Shown: positions 27,341 to 36,007 of the stretch, in pieces
Position numbering within the stretch: the stretch's first letter is position 1
Layout: each line of letters opens with the position of its first letter
Assembly: GCA_021803945.1 (NCBI GenBank)
Contig: JAJZKW010000004.1
Location: forward strand, 310-64,309
Source: Candidatus Micrarchaeota archaeon
Lineage (GTDB): Archaea > Micrarchaeota > Micrarchaeia > Micrarchaeales > CABMGC01
DNA: 64,000 nucleotides
Direction: 5' to 3'
The notes under the pieces: generated by a model
Databases searched by the model: none
What the model was told of the DNA's origin: nothing
Seen by the model: the letters and a program-made list of their open reading frames with translations, nothing else
Program-made: the position numbers and the translations under genes

Positions 27341-28213
27341 ATGATGTTGTTTGAAATGCTTGGCTATCGGGAAATAGATATCGCTGTCCTTGTCCTAGTG
27401 GCCCTAGTTTATGCCATATACGACGTGTTCAACAAGCGGAACGTGCCGAATTTTTTCGTTTACGCCACTGTGGTAATCGGGATCGTGGTTGCAGTGGTGT
27501 TTAACAGCAACTTCCTGGGCCTTGACCTAGGGGTCGCTGCGGTCGTGGGCCTGATAGGATATGCATTCTACAGGTCCGGCCTCCTCGGAGGCGGAGACGT
27601 CCTCGAGTTCGTGTTCATAGCGCTGGTCATGCCGGTGCAGATACAGCCGCTGCTTGGAGGGCCGTACCAGTTCAACATACCTTTCATACTCTCAGTGCTT
27701 ATGGCTGCTGGATATGCCTCCATTATCTTCATACCTGCATATTATCTCGGATTCAAGAAACCTAAGAGAAACTCGGGACCTGGCAGGAAGGGCATTGTGG
27801 TTGGGGCAGTGTTCTTTGTTGCATATGTGGCATTGATACTGGCTCTGGAATTCACTTTCGGGATAAGCCTTCTTGGAGCGGCGCTGGTGCTGGTGCTCGC
27901 AGTCATGTCTGCAATAACCATGGCTTATGAGAAAAGAGTGTATCTTGGTATGGTCTCGTTCATCTATCCCAAGCAGCTTGAAGACGGGGACATGATAGCA
28001 ACTAACCTTATGGACAAGAAAGACGTCGCATATTTCAAGAGCAGGACAGCGTTCGGAAGGCTTGCCACTGGGAAACTGATATCAGACCTTAAGAACGTCA
28101 GGAAGAGGATACCAGTTTACAGGGATTCTGTGCCGTTCTCTCTTTTCATATTCATAGGGATAATAGTGTCCCTGCTGTTCGGGAACATAATACTGGCTAT
28201 TATGGGGATTTAG
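27341..28213 (+). CDS. A24-family prepilin/preflagellin peptidase (PibD/FlaK-like)
   Basis: Polytopic, with a first catalytic Asp context AIYDVFNKRNVPNFF and a second in LLGGGDVLEF (GxGD). The start is uncertain (ATG 27341/27344/27356); TATA-like TATTTAAAT at 27320-27328. Confidence 0.65.
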   Translation: MMLFEMLGYREIDIAVLVLVALVYAIYDVFNKRNVPNFFVYATVVIGIVVAVVFNSNFLGLDLGVAAVVGLIGYAFYRSGLLGGGDVLEFVFIALVMPVQIQPLLGGPYQFNIPFILSVLMAAGYASIIFIPAYYLGFKKPKRNSGPGRKGIVVGAVFFVAYVALILALEFTFGISLLGAALVLVLAVMSAITMAYEKRVYLGMVSFIYPKQLEDGDMIATNLMDKKDVAYFKSRTAFGRLATGKLISDLKNVRKRIPVYRDSVPFSLFIFIGIIVSLLFGNIILAIMGI

Positions 28214-28793
28214 TCTTTCTGCTTTGCCTGCTGAAGCATCCCCTGCATCTTGTTTCGTAGTCCTCGGCTCCTCCCACATAAGAGGGCTTTCCGTCCACCA
28301 TCTTGTAAGGGGTGGTCCTTTTCGTGAATGACGCCCTGATGCTGCATACCGAGCATTTTGAGTTGAGCAGATATATATTGTCTGCAAGAGGGAGTATGTC
28401 CTTTGCTATTTCCAGTGCGGTACCGTCATCGCTCGACCTTGAGAGCATGGACACGTATACGGTCTTTGATTGGAATGCGAGCTCATTCAGGGCCTGCGCG
28501 AAGCCTTTTGTATCCTCCCAGAAGTGGGCTTCGTCTATGCCTATAACGTCATAGTCGCTTGCCGCCTGCTTCAGGGCAGCGATGCCCTCTTCCCCTTTTG
28601 GAAGCAGAGAGGCAGGGGCCTTTGTGCCGTCATGGGACACAACATCAGAACTGCTGTACCTGTTATCTATGACGGATTTGAAGAGGACGACCCTCTTGGT
28701 CTTCTTGAGCTTGTTTAGGTCTTTGATAAGCCTTGTGGTCTTCCCTGAGAACATAGGGCCAGTTATTACAATAAGCCCACCTCTTGTTTTCAT
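28200..28793 (-). CDS. tdk: Thymidine kinase
   Basis: P-loop ITGPMFSGKTT, IGIDEAHFW and the C-terminal Zn lasso CSVC...CRGC. Confidence 0.9.
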   Translation of the reverse strand: MKTRGGLIVITGPMFSGKTTRLIKDLNKLKKTKRVVLFKSVIDNRYSSSDVVSHDGTKAPASLLPKGEEGIAALKQAASDYDVIGIDEAHFWEDTKGFAQALNELAFQSKTVYVSMLSRSSDDGTALEIAKDILPLADNIYLLNSKCSVCSIRASFTKRTTPYKMVDGKPSYVGGAEDYETRCRGCFSRQSRKTKSP

Positions 28794-28795
28794 TC

Positions 28796-29479
28796 TTACC
28801 CCACCCTTTTCCTTGCCTTTCTCGTACTTTTGGACCTTGCAAGGTCTATTAACATCCTTATTGCTTCGCTGGCAGTTGCAACCCTTGTCACCCCTTTCCC
28901 GTCCTCTATGTGCCTGTTGTATGGGCTGTCCACAAGGAACAGCTTTGCCTGCCTTGTATTATGCTGTATGCTCCTTGCCAGCGACGGGGAGTCGTCTATG
29001 TACACATCGTAATCGAAGTTTGTTGACTTGTCTCTTGCAGGCGGGCAGAGCACCAGATGTATCTTGTCCTCTCCTATCCCATGCATATTGCGCCATTCGT
29101 TAAGGGCGTCCACTGTGCCTGCAGTAAGCCCGTCCTCCGACGCGCTCCTTGACGTAAGCAGATGGACAGTGTAATAATCTGCCAGGGAGTTTATCAGGTT
29201 TATGTCTACTGTAAATGGTATCTCCTTCCAGCGTTCGCGCCACAATTCAACATATATCTGCATCATTTCGGCATACGAAGAGCCTATTGATTTGAAGCCC
29301 CAGTCCTTGCAGTCCTCTAGGGTGAAGTTGGTGCCTTTCGCCTTGTTGAGGCGCTCTATCATCAGCCCGTGGATCGAGGCCAGCGTACCGTCTATGTCTA
29401 TTGCAACCTTAGGTTTGGAGGCGTCGCTTCCCCTCAGCAGCAGTTGTAGCTCCCCCATAAATATCATACTTATTTGCAA
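28796..29479 (-). CDS. HAD-superfamily phosphatase, 5'(3')-deoxyribonucleotidase (NT5C)-like
   Basis: HAD motif I VAIDIDGTLA, motif II LLTSRS and motif IV DVYIDDSP. Lies 2 nt upstream of tdk. Confidence 0.55.
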   Translation of the reverse strand: MQISMIFMGELQLLLRGSDASKPKVAIDIDGTLASIHGLMIERLNKAKGTNFTLEDCKDWGFKSIGSSYAEMMQIYVELWRERWKEIPFTVDINLINSLADYYTVHLLTSRSASEDGLTAGTVDALNEWRNMHGIGEDKIHLVLCPPARDKSTNFDYDVYIDDSPSLARSIQHNTRQAKLFLVDSPYNRHIEDGKGVTRVATASEAIRMLIDLARSKSTRKARKRVG

Positions 29480-29779
29480 AAGGACTGCTTAAATTACTTT
29501 TCTGCTGATCTTGGCGTTGCTGCGGGCGGCATTATGGTTGAGCCACAGCGATGGGGATCTCTGGCTGTGCGGCTATTTTTTAAAATGTTTGAATGTTGTT
29601 TAATATTGTAATTGTATGGTAGTGCGGTATTGCGCCAAACTGCTGTAATCAAAAAGGGCCGCTTCCATAGGTAAGAGATATTACAGTTAAATGCCTACAT
29701 GGCATCTGATGACATACAACGCTTTATTATGATGCTGTTTTGCAAAACAATTAAAACCAGGCGCTACGAATAGTTGCGT

Positions 29780-30259
29780 ATGGAGCAGATGGCGATTGAA
29801 GAAATAATTTATAGAGCCAGAATGCTGAAAAAAGAAGGTGGCCGGTGGCATTTTCACATGTTAGGAAGAGCTTGCAGGTTCAATAAAAACCGCGGTAAGT
29901 TCAGCGTGATATTTGAGGATGAGAATGGCACTAGTTATTGCCTCTTTGATGAAATGCCTGCAAAGGAGTCCAAGATGCTAGCTGAGTTAGCATATGGCAA
30001 GGGCTTCCTTGAAAAAGAGGGAGCTGGTGTCCACAATCCTGACTTTGAGGTTATATTAGAAAGGGCCAAATATCTGAAATCCCACGGTGTAGAGTGGCAC
30101 CATCATCATTTCCCACCAGAATGCATCTTCAACGAAGACAAAGCAAAACACTGCATCGTATTAGAAGATCCCATACTCAAAAAGGTGTTTGTTGCGGTTT
30201 ATGATGGGATCCATATGCATGACCTGACAAAAATCGAAGCATTATTCCATAATCTCTGA
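29780..30259 (+). CDS. Hypothetical protein made of two tandem ~65-aa repeats with WHxH...C.FN motifs
   Basis: Repeat 1 is IIYRARMLKKEGGRWHFHMLGRACRFNKNRGKFSVIFEDE. Repeat 2 is VILERAKYLKSHGVEWHHHHFPPECIFNEDKAKHCIVLEDP. First ATG at 29780; the track start 29774 is a TTG. Confidence 0.5.
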   Translation: MEQMAIEEIIYRARMLKKEGGRWHFHMLGRACRFNKNRGKFSVIFEDENGTSYCLFDEMPAKESKMLAELAYGKGFLEKEGAGVHNPDFEVILERAKYLKSHGVEWHHHHFPPECIFNEDKAKHCIVLEDPILKKVFVAVYDGIHMHDLTKIEALFHNL

Positions 30260-30287
30260 CTAAGGTTGCACCTAAATGTTATTGGAG

Positions 30288-30362
30288 TGCTCCCATCGGG
30301 ATTTGAACCCGAGTTGCGGGGTTGAAAGCCCCGCGTCCTTGGCCAGGCTAGACGATAGGAGC
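30288..30362 (-). tRNA. tRNA-Glu (anticodon UUC)
   Basis: Reverse complement GCTCCTATCGTCTAGCCTGGCCAAGGACGCGGGGCTTTCAACCCCGCAACTCGGGTTCAAATCCCGATGGGAGCA, with anticodon stem CGGGG/CCCCG and loop CTTTCAA. Confidence 0.9.
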
Positions 30363-30369
30363 GTTGTCT

Positions 30370-30936
30370 TCATTTGACTATTGAGAGGATCTCTTCTTTA
30401 ATTGTATCTATATCTTTTGATCCGTCTATCACTCTGCATCCGTATTCCTTCGCGAGCTTCTTGTATACCTTCCTCGTGTTCTGCAGGAACTTCAGCTTCT
30501 CAAAATATACAGTGCCTTTGGATCTTGAGGCTATCCTCTTCATCGCAACCTCCGGAGCCACATCGAACACGAAGGTTATGTCAGGCCTTATGAACCTCTC
30601 GTTTATCTGCCTGAGCCACCCCTCGTCCAGTCCGCTCGCCTTTCCATATGCTATTGTGGAGAAGAAATACCTGTCCGATATTACTGTGCAGCCCTGCTTA
30701 AGCTTCGGCTTTATCAGATTCTCGGTGTGGAACGCCCTATCCGCGGCAAAGAGGAGCTGGACAGCCATAGGGTTGATCCTCTTTCTCTTTATGAGCTTCT
30801 TTATGAAATTCCCTATGTCTCCTTGCGTCGGCTCCTTTGTTAGTATGCATTTCCTGCTCTGCCTTAATGTATCATAGAGGATCCTTGCCTGCGTAGTCTT
30901 GCCTGAGCCGTCTATGCCTTCGAATGAAATGAACAT
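30370..30936 (-). CDS. tmk: Thymidylate kinase
   Basis: MFISFEGIDGSGKTTQ P-loop, DRY motif (ISDRYFFST) and a LID region. Confidence 0.9.
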   Translation of the reverse strand: MFISFEGIDGSGKTTQARILYDTLRQSRKCILTKEPTQGDIGNFIKKLIKRKRINPMAVQLLFAADRAFHTENLIKPKLKQGCTVISDRYFFSTIAYGKASGLDEGWLRQINERFIRPDITFVFDVAPEVAMKRIASRSKGTVYFEKLKFLQNTRKVYKKLAKEYGCRVIDGSKDIDTIKEEILSIVK

Positions 30937-31032
30937 GAATAGATAATGAGGAGTATGGTTATTTTAGCCTTGTTGCGTGTCTTGGGCGGTGCCAGGTATT
31001 TAAATGTTTTATGCGGAGAGGATATTGATTTC

Positions 31033-31569
31033 ATGATACTTTCTGATTTTGACCTGGAGAACTACATACGTGAAGGGCGCCTTTCGATAAGGCCCTTTGA
31101 CAAGGAGATAATAAGGGAGAATGGCGTTGACCTTAGGCTCTCTGACGAAGTGGCAAGGCATAACTCAGGGAAGCCTGCCGGGATGATCGTAGATCCATCA
31201 GACTCTAAAAGCTTGAAGGATGAATACGTATTGAGGAAGAAACAGAAGGAGATAATCATAGGTCCGCAGGAACAGATGCTTCTTTCCACCTACGAATTCG
31301 TTGAGTTCCCTGACAATCTTATGGGATTCGTTGAGCTCAGGAGCACATGGGCGAGGCATGGACTCTTCATGCCCCCTACAATCATAGACGCGGGGTTTGC
31401 AGGGAACGTCACGCTCGAGGTCTTCAACAGCAGCAGGTTTTCAATCCTGCTGAGGCCAAAGGTGAGATTCGCACATATCATATTTGCGACAACGCTAAAT
31501 AGGGTAAGGAACGCGTACAAAGGCAAATACCTTAACCAGAAAGGCATTCACCTCCCAAAGCTTCTTTGA
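31033..31569 (+). CDS. dcd: dCTP deaminase (or bifunctional dCTP deaminase/dUTPase)
   Basis: MILSDFDLENYIREGRLSIRPF...NGVDLRLS...RSTWARHGLFM...IDAGFAGNVTLEV. The start is set at ATG 31033. Confidence 0.85.
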   Translation: MILSDFDLENYIREGRLSIRPFDKEIIRENGVDLRLSDEVARHNSGKPAGMIVDPSDSKSLKDEYVLRKKQKEIIIGPQEQMLLSTYEFVEFPDNLMGFVELRSTWARHGLFMPPTIIDAGFAGNVTLEVFNSSRFSILLRPKVRFAHIIFATTLNRVRNAYKGKYLNQKGIHLPKLL

Positions 31570-31571
31570 AT

Positions 31572-31850
31572 CTATCTTGTCAGGTCGTCCACTTCGTCCT
31601 TCCTGGCTTCCTGTGATGTGATCAGCGGGGATGATACAAGAACCACGTCGCTTACATTCTTCACGTTTTTGTATAGGATGCTCTTGTTCTTCAGGACTAT
31701 CTTTGAGTCTCCTTTTGCGGTCTTCCATGGGACCATCAGGAGCCTGCTCAACTCCCCTTTCTCTAAGTCTACAATGATGTCCTGGACTTCGCCGAGGTAC
31801 TGGCCAGCATCGCTATATATATCCATGCGATATATTTCTGAGAGTTTCAT
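31572..31850 (-). CDS. PRC-barrel domain protein
   Basis: MKLSEIYRMDIYSDAGQYLGEVQDIIVDLEKGELSRLLM is a typical PRC-barrel N-terminus. The start is set at Met24 of the track ORF. Confidence 0.5.
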   Translation of the reverse strand: MKLSEIYRMDIYSDAGQYLGEVQDIIVDLEKGELSRLLMVPWKTAKGDSKIVLKNKSILYKNVKNVSDVVLVSSPLITSQEARKDEVDDLTR

Positions 31851-32004
31851 GTTGTTCGCCTTTGATACTATTGCTTTATAAGCATTTATAAATCTTGTTA
31901 GCCGTCGGTGAACTTCCACTTATCTGTTTGCATTGGAAAACTGGGTGGGTTGATCGTGTGCGTTAAGGTTTTTAACAGGATATGTTGCATATTATAGTGA
32001 TTGA

Positions 32005-32265
32005 ATGACATCTGTAAAAACGATAGAGTATGTATCGGCCGGGAAGGTCTTCGCTGTTTTGGGCGGAATTTACGGCTTGATAGAGGGGTTGGTTGCCCTG
32101 GCTGGCGGAGCGTCGACCGGAGGTATGTTGGGGTCTGGGATAGGGGTCGTCGGGCTTGTGACGGCAATAGTGTTCGGGTTGATAGGCGGATTCATAGGTG
32201 GCCTGATAACCGCACTTCTATACAACTTCGTGGTGTCAAGGTTTGTGAAGCTCGAAGTGCAGTAA
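32005..32265 (+). CDS. Small Gly-zipper membrane protein (86 aa)
   Basis: Two hydrophobic helices rich in GxxxG (GGIYGLIEGLVALAGG, GLIGGFIGGLITAL). Confidence 0.4.
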   Translation: MTSVKTIEYVSAGKVFAVLGGIYGLIEGLVALAGGASTGGMLGSGIGVVGLVTAIVFGLIGGFIGGLITALLYNFVVSRFVKLEVQ

Positions 32266-32319
32266 GGTGCCTGTTTTGCGCCGCATCACCTGGTGCGGCG
32301 CCTTCTCTTTTTAAGTCCC

Positions 32320-33474
32320 TTATGGCTGCATCCAGTCTATCTCGTAATACTCGTTTTCGCTTCCGTGCAGCCGTATCTGCCTCACCCTGTAATATGTGAC
32401 TGATGTCTCCCTGTCGGCTATGGCGAGGATCAGCTCCAGTCTCATGGACTTTGCCGCCCTTATAGCTGCAGCGAACTCGCTACCGCCTATATATTCCTCC
32501 TCTCCTAGGGACAGCATTGCATACCTCGGGGTGCTGGTGTCCGGATTCTCCGCGTCTCCTCCCTTCCTGTGGTACAGCACATAATCTATCTCCGTCTTGC
32601 TGTCATTCAGGGTCCCTGGAACCGCCAGTATGAAAGTCTTCCTGACGGAATGGGCGACCCTTATCACCCTGGCCCATTCTGATATAAGCAGCTTCGATTC
32701 CTTTGGAAATACGTGTATTACGTGCTTTGAATGCATCCAGGAATGGTCGCTCTCGCTCTTCACTGGCCTGGCTCCTGGGAAGTATACCCTGAAGTGCGTT
32801 CCGAACTTGAATCCAGTCTTTATCACGTAGCCTTTCTCCCTCCAGTCGCTGTATACCCCGTAGAGCCTGTTGAAATCCTTCCTCCTCGAGGTGGCGAGCC
32901 TTATCACTTCTTTCTTGTCCGTGTTCTGTAGAGTCAGCGTGTTTTTTGACATCAGGAATACGGTCTCGTATATATCAAGCTTGTTGAGCTTGCCCCTGTC
33001 CGAAGCCTTGTAGGATCCGTACTGCCCGAACCACAGGCTTTCATATATGTCCTTTCCTTTCTCACAGTCGTCTATTATAGTAGTTAGGTCTGATTTGAAG
33101 AAAGTCCCGATCAGCTTGTATTCCGGTAGCTTTATGGTTGATCTGGGGTACTCCTTTGCCGCAGCGCTGCTTGCTTCGGGCTGCTTGGATGGCGCCTTTA
33201 TTATAAGCCCCCTGTCCCTCCAGTCCCTGTATGTGAAGTACCTTGCGATGAACTTGCGCTTCTTCCAGGACTTTGCAGCGAGTTCGTTGAATGATATGCT
33301 TCCTTTCGCAGACCTGCACTCGGCGTTCCTTACGTCCATCAGGTAAAGGGCCTCTTCCTGCGACAGCTCAAGGCCGCCTTTTGTGGGGTTTCCGAAATAG
33401 CCCTTCCTCAGTATGTCGATGCTTGACTGGTCCTTCACTATGAGCCTGCCGCCTGTGCGCTCTATGACTACCAT
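32320..33474 (-). CDS. endA: tRNA-splicing endonuclease, three-unit single-chain form (384 aa)
   Basis: The central unit carries the catalytic Y/H/K context GFKFGTHFRVY ... HSKHVIHV ... VAHSVRKTFILAV. The element Y-x-x-[YS]-[RS]-DWR-x-x-G-x-[IV]-IK occurs twice (YFTYRDWRDRGLIIK, YGVYSDWREKGYVIK). A third C-terminal-domain-like segment follows (PRYAMLSLGEEEY...LILAIADRETSVTYYRV). The start is set at Met197 of the 580-aa track ORF. Confidence 0.8.
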   Translation of the reverse strand: MVVIERTGGRLIVKDQSSIDILRKGYFGNPTKGGLELSQEEALYLMDVRNAECRSAKGSISFNELAAKSWKKRKFIARYFTYRDWRDRGLIIKAPSKQPEASSAAAKEYPRSTIKLPEYKLIGTFFKSDLTTIIDDCEKGKDIYESLWFGQYGSYKASDRGKLNKLDIYETVFLMSKNTLTLQNTDKKEVIRLATSRRKDFNRLYGVYSDWREKGYVIKTGFKFGTHFRVYFPGARPVKSESDHSWMHSKHVIHVFPKESKLLISEWARVIRVAHSVRKTFILAVPGTLNDSKTEIDYVLYHRKGGDAENPDTSTPRYAMLSLGEEEYIGGSEFAAAIRAAKSMRLELILAIADRETSVTYYRVRQIRLHGSENEYYEIDWMQP

Positions 33475-33509
33475 GGATATAAATGATGCGAGAACAATTA
33501 ATAAATTGG

Positions 33510-34346
33510 CTATCTCTTGCTCTTGAAAAACATTATGTAATACATAGGCACCATTATTGCTGCGAATGCTGCAAACGCGGCGTCTAGGATGAAGGAGATG
33601 ACTGCTCCGAGTATCGGAATGGTCTGTATTATACCTGCCACTACGACAAACCCTACGGTGATCAGTCCAAGCGAGAGCATGGTCAGGAAGATCCTGGTCC
33701 AGTCCTTTTTGCCTGCCGCTATGCTCGCTTTGAGCGCAGGCACTGCGGCTGCCCTGTCTATTACTATCATCGACGGCCCAAGCCAAAGCAGTATCGAAAG
33801 CGCTATCTCTGCTATTATGTATATTGCGCCTAGGATCAGCAGCGCTGCCAGGAACGCGACAAACCCTATGTTCCCGACAGGGATGTTGTTCATGAACGGG
33901 TAGATGACGCTGCTGTAGCCCAGGAAGACCGCGGGGAGAAGAAGAATCGCTGCCAACACTACATTCAGGGCGAACACCATGAAGCTGTATAGCAGAAGCT
34001 CCTTGTATCTTGCCTTCGCAGCCCTGAAGGCTCCTGAAAGCGAAGCTTTTTTGGATCTCCATTTATAGCAGAGGTCAATGTACATACCGTTGACAAATAC
34101 CGAGGAGAGAAAGATCGCTATAAACATTGCCGCAAGCCCTGGCCACATATAAGCCAGCATTGATGAAAGCTTGGTGTATATGCTTTGCCCTGCGGCTGTG
34201 TGGAAGGGCATTGAGGCAAGAAAGGCTATGCTGAGTATTATGCCGAGCATGAATCCGAGGAGCATTATGAAGAGAGCAGGAACAAGGTACTTAGGGTGGT
34301 TCTTCACAGCGGCGGCGCTGTTCGAGATCACGTCAAATATATCCAT
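33510..34346 (-). CDS. Polytopic membrane protein (278 aa, about 6 TM), unknown function
   Basis: MDIFDVISNSAAAVKNHPKYLVPALFIMLLGF... with regularly spaced hydrophobic helices. It is coherent, unlike the overlapping frame of the 580-aa track ORF. Confidence 0.6.
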   Translation of the reverse strand: MDIFDVISNSAAAVKNHPKYLVPALFIMLLGFMLGIILSIAFLASMPFHTAAGQSIYTKLSSMLAYMWPGLAAMFIAIFLSSVFVNGMYIDLCYKWRSKKASLSGAFRAAKARYKELLLYSFMVFALNVVLAAILLLPAVFLGYSSVIYPFMNNIPVGNIGFVAFLAALLILGAIYIIAEIALSILLWLGPSMIVIDRAAAVPALKASIAAGKKDWTRIFLTMLSLGLITVGFVVVAGIIQTIPILGAVISFILDAAFAAFAAIMVPMYYIMFFKSKR

Positions 34347-34397
34347 GGGTGTTTATTGCCTGCGCATGTTTAAAAGTCTAATTGGTATAATAGCTGT

Positions 34398-35039
34398 ATG
34401 CTAGAGGACGTGATCGACCAGTTCAAGGAAGGCATCGATTTGATACTTCATCCTGACACAGGCACGAGGCCAAGAATGGGGACTGCGCAGGCACTGAAGA
34501 TGTATTACATGTTCTCCTTGGTGCCTGCTGCGCTTGGGATCGTGGTTGGGGTAATTGCCATAGCCGCAGTGCCTGGCGCGGCGCAGGCGGCAGGGCTGCC
34601 TGGGCAGGCAGGCGTGTTCGAGCTTGCCGCGCTCGCAGTTTTGGCCCTGCTGCTGCAGCTCTGGATATTTATGCCTGTAATTATCCTTATATTGGCTGGC
34701 TTGCTGCACGCTGTGGGAAAGGTGCTTGGCATGTTCAAGGGCACATATTCAAACACTGCGACTGCTGTGGTATATTCTGAATTTGCACTGGTGTCTGTGG
34801 TGTGGCTCGCCGCAATACCGGTAGTCGGGCCGCTGGTGATATTTGTAGCCGACATTTACGGCGTCTGGATCTTCCTGTCTGCAGCAGCGAACCAGCACAA
34901 GACCACGAAAACGAACGCGTTCATCGTGGGCCTGGTAACTGTGATAATACTCGTTATAGTTATAGTCATGGTGGCAGGAGCCGCTGCGTTCGGCCAGATA
35001 GGGCATGGAGGATTGGCTTCCCCGTCTAGCGTGGCTTAA
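34398..35039 (+). CDS. Yip1-like membrane protein, paralog 2
   Basis: MLEDVIDQFKEGIDLILHPDTGTRPRMGTAQALKMYYMFSLVPAAL plus 5 TM, with ...HAVGKVLGMFKGTYSNTATAVVYSEF shared with the paralogs. Confidence 0.6.
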   Translation: MLEDVIDQFKEGIDLILHPDTGTRPRMGTAQALKMYYMFSLVPAALGIVVGVIAIAAVPGAAQAAGLPGQAGVFELAALAVLALLLQLWIFMPVIILILAGLLHAVGKVLGMFKGTYSNTATAVVYSEFALVSVVWLAAIPVVGPLVIFVADIYGVWIFLSAAANQHKTTKTNAFIVGLVTVIILVIVIVMVAGAAAFGQIGHGGLASPSSVA

Positions 35040-35153
35040 GGTATGGCGCTGGTCTTCGGCGGCCAGTCCCGGTTTCTCCTGCTGCGTTTTCATAGTTGCC
35101 AGGTATACATCACCTTTTAAAATTTGCTGTTGCAAATTATTACTGGGATTGAA

Positions 35154-35825
35154 ATGTTCTTCGATACCTTCATGGGAGGGATAGATGCTGTTCTGCATCC
35201 GGACAAAGTGACGAAAGGCGCAAAGACGGTTGGCGAAGCGCTGCTGCTGTATTACAACTTTTCTGTAATACCGCTGATATTGCTCGCGATAGTGGCCCTT
35301 GGGGCCGGCTTCTTCCTCGGAGGAGTGATCGCTGCGATGGGGTTGGTGCATAGCGTGTTCACAGGCTCTCTTGCCCTGCTCGCCGTTGCCGGAGTCATAG
35401 TGTATGTGTGGGGCCTTGTGCCTTTGGGTCTTCTTGTAAGCGCCCTGATACTTCATTATGTGGGGCGTGGGCTGAACCTGTTCAAGGTCGGTGATTATTC
35501 AAGCACGTTCACTGCTGTGGTATACAGCGCCATGGGCCCGCTTTCTGTATTGTGGCTCTCGGTTCTTCCTGTGGTAGGGGGGGTCGTGCAGCTTATTGCG
35601 TTTGTGTGGAGCATCTATGTGCTTGTGGCGGTCTTGGCTAACGTGCATAAGGGAACAAGGGTCAGCACGTTTGTTGCTGTACTTGGAGGCGCCCTGGCCG
35701 CGTGGCTTATAGTGGCCGTGGTTGCTCAGCTCTTTGCAATAGGGCTGTTCGGGACCTTGGTCGGACCGCTGATAGGAGTATGGAGCCACTTCACAAGCGG
35801 AGGGCTGATGAACAGCACAGTGTAG
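35154..35825 (+). CDS. Yip1-like membrane protein, paralog 3
   Basis: MFFDTFMGGIDAVLHPDKVTKGAKTVGEALLLYYNFSVIPLILL plus 5 TM. The start is set at ATG 35154 by alignment with the paralog N-termini. Confidence 0.6.
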   Translation: MFFDTFMGGIDAVLHPDKVTKGAKTVGEALLLYYNFSVIPLILLAIVALGAGFFLGGVIAAMGLVHSVFTGSLALLAVAGVIVYVWGLVPLGLLVSALILHYVGRGLNLFKVGDYSSTFTAVVYSAMGPLSVLWLSVLPVVGGVVQLIAFVWSIYVLVAVLANVHKGTRVSTFVAVLGGALAAWLIVAVVAQLFAIGLFGTLVGPLIGVWSHFTSGGLMNSTV

Positions 35826-35835
35826 CTTCCGCTCT

Positions 35836-35863
35836 CTTTTTTCCGGGCCGGAAGAGGATTCCG
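35836..35863 (+). terminator. Oligo-T run plus perfect hairpin downstream of the paralog pair
   Basis: TTTTTT at 35836-35841, 11 nt after the stop, then CCGGAA-GAGGA-TTCCGG at 35847-35863. Confidence 0.35.
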
Positions 35864-36007
35864 GTCCGGCGATTTTCCTGCGCTTGGGCACCATGCATGC
35901 TGCATGTGCGACGTGGCGGAAGCAGCATAAGCGCATTTTGGATTGGCGCTTTCAGGATGTTATATATTTGTTCCTGGATTATCTTTTCTTGAGGAATAGT
36001 AGATTTT

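Noticed and set aside
29480-29600. A possible att-type direct repeat of the tRNA-Glu 3' end at the far edge of the low-GC patch (GATGGGGATCTC versus CATCGGGATTTG), and a hairpin plus T-run at ~29540-29585 as a small RNA.
   Set aside because: Only 8/12 identity, which is not better than chance. The hairpin has a bulged, imperfect stem, and no promoter or known sRNA boxes were identified.
33475-34062. The upstream 196 codons of the 580-aa track ORF (32320-34062, minus strand), which would give a giant EndA fusion.
   Set aside because: The segment is Arg/His/Ser/Pro-rich nonsense. It overlaps, in another frame, the coherent 6-TM gene 33510-34346. EndA-like sequence begins only at Met197 (33474).
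34749-35456. A 235-aa minus-strand ORF, plus similar long alternative-frame ORFs (22781-23440, 37767-38366, 40076-40693, 54068-54622, 55033-55641, 59541-60179).
   Set aside because: All lie opposite to, or out of frame with, genes that have clear family signatures. Their Arg/His/Pro/Tyr-rich composition is typical of non-coding frames.
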